A model generated the notes under the pieces. The model did not search any database, was not told the DNA's origin, and was given only the letters and a program-made list of their open reading frames with translations. 64,000 nt of DNA from an uncultured bacterium (GTDB lineage Bacteria; Babelota; Babeliae; Babelales; Babelaceae), in contig OY970332.1 of the NCBI GenBank assembly GCA_963717435.1, forward strand, positions 96,001 to 160,000, in the 5' to 3' direction. A program made the position numbers and the translations under genes. The stretch's first letter is position 1. Each line of letters opens with the position of its first letter. Below, piece after piece: positions 50,648 through 59,010 of the stretch.

Positions 50648-51485
50648 CTGAGTCGAACAGCTTGTTTTCATAATCTTTCATGCGATCTTCGTATGCTTTT
50701 AATTTTAAAATTTCTTCGATTTCCTGACGTCTTTCCTCAAGCGGAACATTATGGGCCTCTGTTTTTGAAACCAACTTAACTAGATAAACTCCGTCGTCAG
50801 TTTTTTTGAATATAGAAACCTGATCTATACCCATGCCCGTTATAAATTTCTGATCTTCAGAAAACTCAGATAGTTTAAATTCTACCGGTTCATCCCAAGA
50901 AACTGCGTACTGTATATCGCCACTATTAATTAGTTTTTCTATGCCCGCAATATTTTCTTCCGGTGTTTTTTCTTTGTTAAAAGCAAAAAAAGTTTGTGAA
51001 ATTTTATAGCTTTCTTCTATTTTGATTGGATTTTTATCGTTATAGTCTTTAATTGCTTCGTCACTAATCACAACTTGGTTTTGTTGTCTGACTCTATAAG
51101 ATACAACTTCTTGGACCATGTTGGTTTTTTTTAGCTCTTGCCTGCCCTCTTCAGGCGTTAACCCAAGCTCTAAAAAGCCATTTTCTATTTGCTTCAAACT
51201 GTAACCTGTCTGCTTTTGCAACATTGCCAAATATCGCTCAACATCTTCGTCTGAAACCTCGACATGTAACTTTTTTGCATCTCTAAGCGCCAACTCCTGA
51301 AATAACAGGTCTTTTAATGTTCTTGGGCTCCCATCAAGAGAAGGTCTTATATCTGAAAGTTTAATTAAAATATTTCCCTCGGGATTGTATGCCGTTGCCA
51401 CGGTTCCATCAAGAATATGTAATTTGCCAAACAATGGCGTTAAAAAAGCAGCCAATCCAAAAAACAGTATAATTTTAAATTTCAT
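50595..51485 (-). CDS. SurA-like periplasmic chaperone
   Basis: Signal peptide; LDGTVA, AKKLHVEVSDEDV, ISDEAIKDY; 53-bp convergent overlap with sbcD. Confidence 0.7.
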   Translation of the reverse strand: MKFKIILFFGLAAFLTPLFGKLHILDGTVATAYNPEGNILIKLSDIRPSLDGSPRTLKDLLFQELALRDAKKLHVEVSDEDVERYLAMLQKQTGYSLKQIENGFLELGLTPEEGRQELKKTNMVQEVVSYRVRQQNQVVISDEAIKDYNDKNPIKIEESYKISQTFFAFNKEKTPEENIAGIEKLINSGDIQYAVSWDEPVEFKLSEFSEDQKFITGMGIDQVSIFKKTDDGVYLVKLVSKTEAHNVPLEERRQEIEEILKLKAYEDRMKDYENKLFDSVKIRYHNIQIPGQEPLK

Positions 51486-51700
51486 ATTCACTCCTTTAGG
51501 CAAGTCACGTAAGTTTTTTATTATTTTAACAGAAATAAGCAATAACAGAACATTAATAGAGAAAATAAGTATATTGAAAAAAAATATTTAAAAAAAATTA
51601 TTTTAAAAATCTTGCAAAATCATAAACAATAGTAGCAGATTACTACAGGAACTAGATATTACTCTGTGAATTTTATGTTCATAAAACTGAAAGGGGCGTT

Positions 51701-52540
51701 ATGATTCAATCAAAGATTAACTCTATGTTTCTTGTCCTGTCTGTTTTTTTGTTCAACCCAAAATATTCTTTATCAACCGGAGGTGATAGTGAGTGGACCG
51801 ATTGTGAAGACTCAGCCGTTGAATCATCAGCCATGAGCGAATATAACCCAGGTGACGATGAAAGCTATGCACCAATAATTGGAACCCTATTGCCCTCGTC
51901 CAAAACCGCAAAAGAGGAAGTTTCTGAAAAAGACAAAGAAGTGCTAAGACTTAGCGCAGAGGTTAATGAATTGACATCAACCGTAAAGTACCTCTTACGT
52001 AAAGAGAGGAGAGACAAAATCGAGCAAAGACAATCTTTTGCTCAATATAAAACCGATATTGACGAGGTGCTAAAAAAAAATCTGTTTGAACAAATACAGG
52101 ACGCAATGATGCATAATAGAGATTCAAATAAAGAATTTTTAAAATCGGAGATATTTAAATTTAAAAAGCATATAAATATGAGGGACAAAAATGGCGACAC
52201 CCTTTTGCATATGGCCGTACAAGTCAAAGATTTAAAGGTTATAAAATATTTAGTGGCTAATGGCGCTGATTATAATATTAAAAATTCGCTAAACCAAACT
52301 CCTGTGGACCTGGTTAATATTCTCAGAGCGGCTTCAAAAGAAAAAGATATCGATCCCGCAGTGAAAAAACAGAACAAAGCATTGGTATCATACTGGCACA
52401 AGAAAGTTATGAAAAAGAAAGATATAAACTTTGAGGACCAAGAACTGAACAAGTTTGAAAAATTAAAACTCGGGTTTGCAAAACAGATCAGCAAATTTAA
52501 AGGTTTTAATTCAAAATTTTCAAAAAGCGCAGACAATTAA
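51701..52540 (+). CDS. Secreted ankyrin-repeat protein
   Basis: INMRDKNGDTLLHMAV..LVANGADYNIKNSLNQTP. Confidence 0.85.
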   Translation: MIQSKINSMFLVLSVFLFNPKYSLSTGGDSEWTDCEDSAVESSAMSEYNPGDDESYAPIIGTLLPSSKTAKEEVSEKDKEVLRLSAEVNELTSTVKYLLRKERRDKIEQRQSFAQYKTDIDEVLKKNLFEQIQDAMMHNRDSNKEFLKSEIFKFKKHINMRDKNGDTLLHMAVQVKDLKVIKYLVANGADYNIKNSLNQTPVDLVNILRAASKEKDIDPAVKKQNKALVSYWHKKVMKKKDINFEDQELNKFEKLKLGFAKQISKFKGFNSKFSKSADN

Positions 52541-52579
52541 ATTTTTGCATAAAATTTGAATAAAATATTAACACAAGTA

Positions 52580-52628
52580 AAAAGAGAGAGCGTAAAATAA
52601 GATTTTTATTTTACGCTCTCTCTTTTTT
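52580..52628. terminator. Bidirectional terminator
   Basis: aaagagagagcgtaaaataa/ttattttacgctctctcttt between convergent genes. Confidence 0.75.
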
Positions 52629-52652
52629 TTATACTCTTAAATATCTGTTAAA

Positions 52653-53666
52653 TTATAGTGAACCGCCATTTGATTGAGCTTGAGGCTGAGCTTGGGTCGC
52701 AGCTTCAGGCATAGCTTCTTGGCCTTGTTCTGCTGGAGCCGGAACAGGCTTTGCAGCGAAGAACTCTTTGTTCTCAACAACCTTCAAATTATTTTTTACT
52801 TCATCGATTTTTGCTTTGAATATTTCAGGAAGCTTGCTTTGTTGAACAACTTCTTTTACAGCTTCTTTAACTTGCGCAAATGGAGCAAACTCCGTATCTC
52901 TTTTTCCTTTAATTCGAATAACCCAGAATTTTTTATCTGCACCTTTAGAAAGAATAACACCTGTGATATCGCGTGCTGAAAGAATATCTTTTTTTACGTT
53001 AGAATCCACATCTTGGCTTTGCGCACTTACTGCACCAAAATCAGCCACACTCTTTTTAATGTCTCTTGCTAAATTAGCAAAATTTGCTGCAGCCGCTTTT
53101 GCTTTAGCCATAAAGTCTTTTGCAGATTTTTCAGAATCGAAGCTTACGCCTTCAGATTCTACGCCACCAGCAGATACAACAAACGGTTGTTGTTTAAAAT
53201 AACCAGATTTGTCTTTATTTTCGTTGTAATATTTTTCAGCTTCTTCATCAGATACAAGATTTGCTGCATTTTTCATAACATCTTGCTGGAAAGCTTCGAT
53301 TGCTAATTTGCGATCGATCATTTCATAAGCTTTATCTCTATTTTTCTTGTAATCAGCGTCTTGATCTTTTTTGTTACGTTTTACCCATTCTGTGAAAATA
53401 TTTTGGTAAACCAACTCTTCAAAAATACCTTTTCTAATTTCGTCTTTAACTGCAGGATTAATTGCCAAATAAGACTGCAAATCTTGTCTCATATTTAAAA
53501 AGTCATTATAAAAAGTTTCATAATCACTTTCGTATATTACCGGCTTGCCATCTATAGACAATAGAATTGCGCCTGATTTTTTCTCGGATTTTGTCTCTTT
53601 TCCTGTATCCATGCAACCTGGAAGAATAAACAGAGAAGAAAGTAACAATACAAGATTTTTCTTCAT
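52653..53666 (-). CDS. PrsA/PpiC-like foldase lipoprotein
   Basis: Lipobox LPGC; SIDGKPVI, VSDEEAEKYYNENK, FANLA, PFAQVK. Confidence 0.7.
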   Translation of the reverse strand: MKKNLVLLLSSLFILPGCMDTGKETKSEKKSGAILLSIDGKPVIYESDYETFYNDFLNMRQDLQSYLAINPAVKDEIRKGIFEELVYQNIFTEWVKRNKKDQDADYKKNRDKAYEMIDRKLAIEAFQQDVMKNAANLVSDEEAEKYYNENKDKSGYFKQQPFVVSAGGVESEGVSFDSEKSAKDFMAKAKAAAANFANLARDIKKSVADFGAVSAQSQDVDSNVKKDILSARDITGVILSKGADKKFWVIRIKGKRDTEFAPFAQVKEAVKEVVQQSKLPEIFKAKIDEVKNNLKVVENKEFFAAKPVPAPAEQGQEAMPEAATQAQPQAQSNGGSL

Positions 53667-53796
53667 AATAAGAACCCTTTTGATTAGTTATAACTGTTGA
53701 ACTTCTAAAATAATTTAATATTTTCTAGTAGATTATCACATAAGAACACATGTTGCAAAACTGCAGCCTGTTAATTTTGATAATCTTAATTTAAGA

Positions 53797-54576
53797 TTAT
53801 ATAGTCCTGCACCCCACAACCGCGATTATAGAGCTTGGTTTTAATTTTTTTATCTCTTTTGCTAAATTTACCAAAGTCGATCCAGTCGTCATAAGATCGT
53901 CAACTATTAAAATTTTTTTATTTTCGAAAGCCCCTCCCTCGATACATTCTACTTCGCCAAGGCTACGTAGAACACTCGGGACGAGCGGGTGTTTAATTTT
54001 ACTCTTAAATTTTATAAAAAATATATTTATTAAATTATTTAAATAACTATATTTTTTTAATTCAAAAGCGTTTTTTAAATTTGACTGTCTTTGATGGCTC
54101 AGAAGAGCTCTCTGGAACAAAGTTTTTTTATTTCTCCGCACAACATCAATTACTGGTTTGCCGCTAAATTTTGATATTTCTCGCGCCATTATTTCAGCCT
54201 GATTAAATCCACGACGCGAAAGCCTTGTCCAGTGTAATGGCACAGGAATTATAAAATCAAAGTCTAGATTTGAAATATCTGTTTTTTGCCAAATAATCTG
54301 CGCAAGCTGCTTGCTTGCCAATCTATCAGAAAATATTTTTGCCAAAATTAATTTTTTGAGCGGGTATTTATACTCTGATGCTGCATAAACTGACATCTTG
54401 TATTTTGGCGTAACTTCTAGTGTACAGGAGACAACCGGAGTAATTTTTTTAAAGCAGTCATCACAAAAAATATAATAATCTTTTAGAAATATATAGCAGT
54501 AGGCACAATATGGAGGCGATAAAATTTTATAAAATTTATCTAAAATAAATTTCACAAATTTAAAATTAAAAAGCAT
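53797..54576 (-). CDS. comF: ComF-family phosphoribosyltransferase-like protein with in-frame palindrome insertion
   Basis: CxxC..CxxC, IPVPLH..RRGFNQA, ILIVDDLMTTGST. Confidence 0.9.
   Translation of the reverse strand: MLFNFKFVKFILDKFYKILSPPYCAYCYIFLKDYYIFCDDCFKKITPVVSCTLEVTPKYKMSVYAASEYKYPLKKLILAKIFSDRLASKQLAQIIWQKTDISNLDFDFIIPVPLHWTRLSRRGFNQAEIMAREISKFSGKPVIDVVRRNKKTLFQRALLSHQRQSNLKNAFELKKYSYLNNLINIFFIKFKSKIKHPLVPSVLRSLGEVECIEGGAFENKKILIVDDLMTTGSTLVNLAKEIKKLKPSSIIAVVGCRTI
53935..53989 (+). repeat. Palindromic element, type A frame with nested type B module (inside comF)
   Basis: tccc TCGATACA ttcta cttcgccaaggctacg tagaa CACTC ggga CGAGCGG. Confidence 0.9.
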
Positions 54577-54591
54577 TAAATATAGCCAAAA

Positions 54592-55068
54592 TTAAAGCCA
54601 AGAAAAATATATAAATAAATTTAATATAGCGTTGCTGATAAGTCCGGCAGCAATATCGTCAGCCAATATACCAAGCGCACCAGGATATTTTTCGACTTTA
54701 TTTATGCCCATGATTTTTGTTATATCAAAAAATCTAAACAGCAAAAAGCCAAGAATAAAAGCTTTGTAAGAAACCGGTATCATAAAAAAAGTAAATAAAC
54801 ATCCTACAAATTCATCAAATACAATCTGGGACGGGTCACTTGAATAAAAATATGTAAGCGCATTTTTGATTATAATATAGCCAATAACTGTTAACAAAAT
54901 AAGTATCAGAGCAGACGAAAACATAGAACGAGATAAATTCGGGTTATTATTAAACACCCACATGAAAATTAAACCGGGAACAGATCCCCAGGTCCCAGAT
55001 GCAGGCAAATAACCCAAGGGCCCAATCGTTGCAAGCCAGTTAAAAATTGTATCAAGATTAGTCTTCAT
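54592..55068 (-). CDS. pgpA: Phosphatidylglycerophosphatase A
   Basis: ASGTWGS, DPSQIVFDEFVG, FRFFDI, GILADDIAAG. Confidence 0.93.
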   Translation of the reverse strand: MKTNLDTIFNWLATIGPLGYLPASGTWGSVPGLIFMWVFNNNPNLSRSMFSSALILILLTVIGYIIIKNALTYFYSSDPSQIVFDEFVGCLFTFFMIPVSYKAFILGFLLFRFFDITKIMGINKVEKYPGALGILADDIAAGLISNAILNLFIYFSWL

Positions 55069-55537
55069 AAAATATTATCTTAATAAACATAAAAAAAACC
55101 CCTAAAGTGATAAAAATATCTGCGATATTAAAATTTGGAAAAGAAAAACCGCCAAAATTAAAAGCCAAAAAATCAACCACGCCCTCGTAAAAAAATCTGT
55201 CTATCAAATTCGATACCCCACCAGAGAGAACCAAAAATTCTGCAAAGACAGAGTGGCCCGAATTTAATCTATTAATAATATATAGCCCCAGAAGAGCCAA
55301 AACAACTGCTATTATAAAACTTATTAAATAGAAAAAAATAATATTATTTGTGTGAAATACACCCCAAGATATGCCCCTATTAAAGCTTAAATCAAAAGAA
55401 AAAAATTTGTTTATATAAACCGGGGTTTGCAAATACGATCTTGCAAAAAATTTTGTTAGTTGATCAAGCAGAATAATAAATATACCCAGAAAAAGTAGCC
55501 CCAGAAGCTCTTTTTTTCTTAAAATATTTTTTAGCAT
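55058..55537 (-). CDS. lspA: Lipoprotein signal peptidase
   Basis: LDQLTK, NRGISWG, SNLIDR, VVDF, FNIAD. Confidence 0.94.
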   Translation of the reverse strand: MLKNILRKKELLGLLFLGIFIILLDQLTKFFARSYLQTPVYINKFFSFDLSFNRGISWGVFHTNNIIFFYLISFIIAVVLALLGLYIINRLNSGHSVFAEFLVLSGGVSNLIDRFFYEGVVDFLAFNFGGFSFPNFNIADIFITLGVFFMFIKIIFYED

Positions 55538-55589
55538 GTTTGTGTTACTTTCTCAGCACTTATTATTAATTTTTAATTATTTTTTATTA

Positions 55590-57926
55590 CTATCTTATTG
55601 CAGCACCAAGTTGTTGAAGATCACTGACCACAGACTCGTAAACTTCGTCTATTTCGGGCTTTGTTAAAGTTTTGTTTTCGTCAGAAATCACAAACCTCAT
55701 AGTTATAGATTTTAAATCTTTCCATTCAGATTTATAGAAATGGTCAACAAGTTCAACAGACTTTATTTTGCCGTCAGCAGATTTTATAACTTTTTGAATC
55801 TCCCCGACTGTAACAGTTTGAGGTATGAGCATGCTTACATCAAGATCGACTTCAGGATATTTTGATAAATGCGCAAACTTCTTAACTTCGGGTTTATAAT
55901 TCAAAATAAAGTCAGCGTTAAGATCAAATACAAAACTGTCCCCCTCAAAGAACTTTGAACCAAATTGCGGCAAAACTTTCCCCGCAACTCCAACTAGAGC
56001 ATCTTTATGGTATATAGCGGCAGTTTGGTATTTATCAAACCAAATATCAAGATTAAAATCGGGCTTGGCAAAATTCACTTCGATAGACATAGATTTAAAA
56101 AATCTTTCAAGCTCAGATTTTATCTCATAAAAATCTACAGGAGACTTTCTGTCTGCGACTATCCCTGATAGTCTTAAAATTTCTTTGGATTTATTTTCAA
56201 GTTTCAGCCAGGTTTTATTAAGCTCAAAAAATCTTAAATTAATCTGACTTGCCTGAGCAGTAACTATAGCTTTAAATAAATTTGGAATTAACGAAGTGAC
56301 AAGTCTTTTGTTGTTTTCAGATATTGGATTAATTAAATTTATAGTGTTATCAGGCTCAAAATTTATTTGGCGCAGAAAATCTTCGTCGTAAAGGGCATAT
56401 GTATAAACTTCATGCATATTAGCAGAATGCGCAAAAAAGTTTTTGACTTTACGCGTATTTGTTACATTAGTTAAGTCAAAATTCCCCATAGCTCTTTCTG
56501 GCAGCTTGTGGGCGATATTTGTATAACCAAAAAATCTTGCTATTTCTTCAAGTATGTCTTCTTTTATTGTCACATCTTTTGACGATCTTGAAGTTGGAAC
56601 AGTAACCTGATAAGAGTTGTCTTTCAAAAGTCTTACGCCAAAACCCAGTTTTGAAAAAATATCCAGTATCATATCCTGACTTACTGAAACACCCATTCTT
56701 GAGTTAATCATGTCCTGAGATATTGTAATTATTTTTTCTTGTGCAAGATTGCCCAAAGATATAATATTTTGCGATGACTTATAAGCAATTTTATAGTCAT
56801 CTAACAATTTTAAAAATCTGGTTATTGCTGTAGTGTTTTGGTTTGGATCGAGAGTTTTTTCAAAACGGGCCGAGCTTTCTGTCCGTTTTTTTAATCTCAA
56901 AGATGTTTGTCTAATTATCGACGCTTCAAAATTTGCAGACTCAAGTAATATAGACTTTGTCGAATTACTAACAGCTGTCGATTCCCCACCCATTATGCCA
57001 GCAAGTGAAACAGGAGTTGTTCCGTCATAGATAGCTAAATCTTTTGAACTAAGAGTTACAGAGCTGTTATCAAGCAGATTTAAAACTTCGCCGTCAGTCG
57101 CAAATTTTGCAGCAATTTTTTTATTTTTTAATTTGTCTGCGTCAAATGCGTGCATTGGCTGCGACGTATCAAGCATGACGTAATTTGTTAAGTCAACAAT
57201 AAAATCTATTGGGCGAGAATCTAGTCTTGCCAATCTATGTGCAATAAATAAATTAGATGCGTTATTTTCTATCTTACTTATATACAAACCAGCAAATCGC
57301 TTACAGCTATTCAGATCCTGAATCTCAAACTCAAACGGATTATCTGTGCTATCAACAGATTTTTTGTCGTAATGCTTTATCGACTGGTTAACCATAAATC
57401 TCTCTTCTGGCCATAGTTCCAGATCCAATATTGCAGCTATTTCACGAGCAAATCCGCGATGACCCCACATATCGGGTCTATTGGTTATCGATTTATTATC
57501 AACAGTTAAAATATAATCTTCGGTTTCAACATGCTTTCTCCAACCGCCCTTTAGATATTCTGGGTCAGAGATCCATAAATTTGTTAATAAGCCGTCTTTA
57601 TCGGAGTTTAGATCTTTTAGAGTCGCCCATTTTAGTTTTTTATTTTCTTTACGAGCAAGATATATCCCGTTATTAATTAGATCAGTTCGGTTATTATTTT
57701 CTGCAAGAATTTCTACTAGCTTATTATTTTCTGTATTATAAAACTCAAAAGAGTTACTATTTTTTACAGCTTTGACCAAAATAAAATTATCTGGATTAAA
57801 TTCGACTTTATTAAAGTGCTCAGTTTCTGCAGTAATCTGATTAAATCTTTTGACCAGATCAACTATATCATATTTTTTCCAGTCAGCGTTTATATGATCG
57901 AAAATCCAAGAAATAGAGAGTTTCAT
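55590..57926 (-). CDS. pheT: Phenylalanine--tRNA ligase beta subunit
   Basis: ITNRPD..GHRGFAREIA, NYVML..QPMHAFD, LAGIMGG, EDILEEIARFFGY, C-terminal anticodon-binding domain. Confidence 0.95.
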   Translation of the reverse strand: MKLSISWIFDHINADWKKYDIVDLVKRFNQITAETEHFNKVEFNPDNFILVKAVKNSNSFEFYNTENNKLVEILAENNNRTDLINNGIYLARKENKKLKWATLKDLNSDKDGLLTNLWISDPEYLKGGWRKHVETEDYILTVDNKSITNRPDMWGHRGFAREIAAILDLELWPEERFMVNQSIKHYDKKSVDSTDNPFEFEIQDLNSCKRFAGLYISKIENNASNLFIAHRLARLDSRPIDFIVDLTNYVMLDTSQPMHAFDADKLKNKKIAAKFATDGEVLNLLDNSSVTLSSKDLAIYDGTTPVSLAGIMGGESTAVSNSTKSILLESANFEASIIRQTSLRLKKRTESSARFEKTLDPNQNTTAITRFLKLLDDYKIAYKSSQNIISLGNLAQEKIITISQDMINSRMGVSVSQDMILDIFSKLGFGVRLLKDNSYQVTVPTSRSSKDVTIKEDILEEIARFFGYTNIAHKLPERAMGNFDLTNVTNTRKVKNFFAHSANMHEVYTYALYDEDFLRQINFEPDNTINLINPISENNKRLVTSLIPNLFKAIVTAQASQINLRFFELNKTWLKLENKSKEILRLSGIVADRKSPVDFYEIKSELERFFKSMSIEVNFAKPDFNLDIWFDKYQTAAIYHKDALVGVAGKVLPQFGSKFFEGDSFVFDLNADFILNYKPEVKKFAHLSKYPEVDLDVSMLIPQTVTVGEIQKVIKSADGKIKSVELVDHFYKSEWKDLKSITMRFVISDENKTLTKPEIDEVYESVVSDLQQLGAAIR

Positions 57927-58075
57927 CTTTGGGCCTTAATTAATTACCAAACTTTTACCAAACTTATAGAATAATAAAATTAGAAAATTAGCTCTTGCGC
58001 TATATTCTGTGCCATATAAAAATTATTATATAAAAAATTATATAGAGATTAAGATAAATTAAAACAACCAAACCA

Positions 58076-58618
58076 TCAATTTTTTATTAAATACTCAGGA
58101 TCCAGAATTTGAACTTTCCCGGTTAATTGCAAGCCCGACGAAGTTAAATTTAAATCTAATACCCCGTGGCCCTTTTGGGAAATTGGAGAATATACGTTTT
58201 TGTATAACTTAGCTTCGTTCAGATCGTCAATTTTATAAACAGATGCCATATATCCTGATGGACATAAACCACATTTTGAACAGTTTTTGTCATCGATCAC
58301 ATAGTGCTTATATTTTATGCTAAGCTTCGATGGCTTTCTTTGCCCTAAAATACTATACACAATAAAAAAGCCACTCGCTGGTCCCTCAGGGGTCTCAAAA
58401 CTAAACTCATCAAGTTTTATAGAAGAATTTTTTCTGATTTTGAACTTTTTTTGCTGACTAGAGCTAGGCAACGACTTTATCGAATCTTTTAACGTTGATA
58501 TTGTTACCTGCACAGGTTTATCTGTTGAATTTATAAAAGAACCCAACTTTAAACCTGCTGATTTTAAATTAAAAAAAGCCAACACAACAATCAAGCAAAA
58601 TATTTTGCCTCTATCCAT
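58076..58618 (-). CDS. Secreted hypothetical protein
   Basis: Signal peptide; FINSTDKPV; CxxCxxC. Confidence 0.7.
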   Translation of the reverse strand: MDRGKIFCLIVVLAFFNLKSAGLKLGSFINSTDKPVQVTISTLKDSIKSLPSSSQQKKFKIRKNSSIKLDEFSFETPEGPASGFFIVYSILGQRKPSKLSIKYKHYVIDDKNCSKCGLCPSGYMASVYKIDDLNEAKLYKNVYSPISQKGHGVLDLNLTSSGLQLTGKVQILDPEYLIKN

Positions 58619-58742
58619 ATTGTTCCACCCCTAACCCTAAAAGTCTGCACTAATAAAGAAAAGCAAACTTTTCTGTTTTAATTATATATACCAGCCAAAC
58701 CTGACTGCAATAATTTTATTCAAAAAAAATTTATAAGAGAGC

Positions 58743-58913
58743 AAGTGGGCTGCCCTACGACATGTGTCCTGCGTAGCCTTGACGTAGAGGGAAACCTGCC
58801 AAGCTCCGTTGTGGCCTGGGGGAAGTGGGGCCTGCCCGTATCTTTGGAGTCGTAGGGGGGCCTGCCCTCCGTAGCCTGCCAAGCCGGGAGGCGTGGATAG
58901 GCGTAGGGGGGGC
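58743..58913. repeat. GC-rich cluster of several degenerate palindromic (type B) modules
   Basis: Three ggg(c)ctgccc units, cgtagccttgacgtag, cgtagcct[..]aggcgtag, cctgccaagc twice. Confidence 0.75.
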
Positions 58914-59010
58914 TTTTGAAAAAAAATAAACTTCTTCTATACTATAATTATAGGTAAAATTATAGCTAAACAGCCCTAATTAGCCCTAAGTCTCACAAAA
59001 TGGAGCAGAT

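Noticed and set aside
58682-58882. 66-aa ORF over the GC-rich cluster
   Set aside because: It is a translation of the repeat modules (GQAPL twice), with no RBS or protein-like features
58629-58989. ccctaa telomere-like hexamers
   Set aside because: Only two short pairs, compatible with chance
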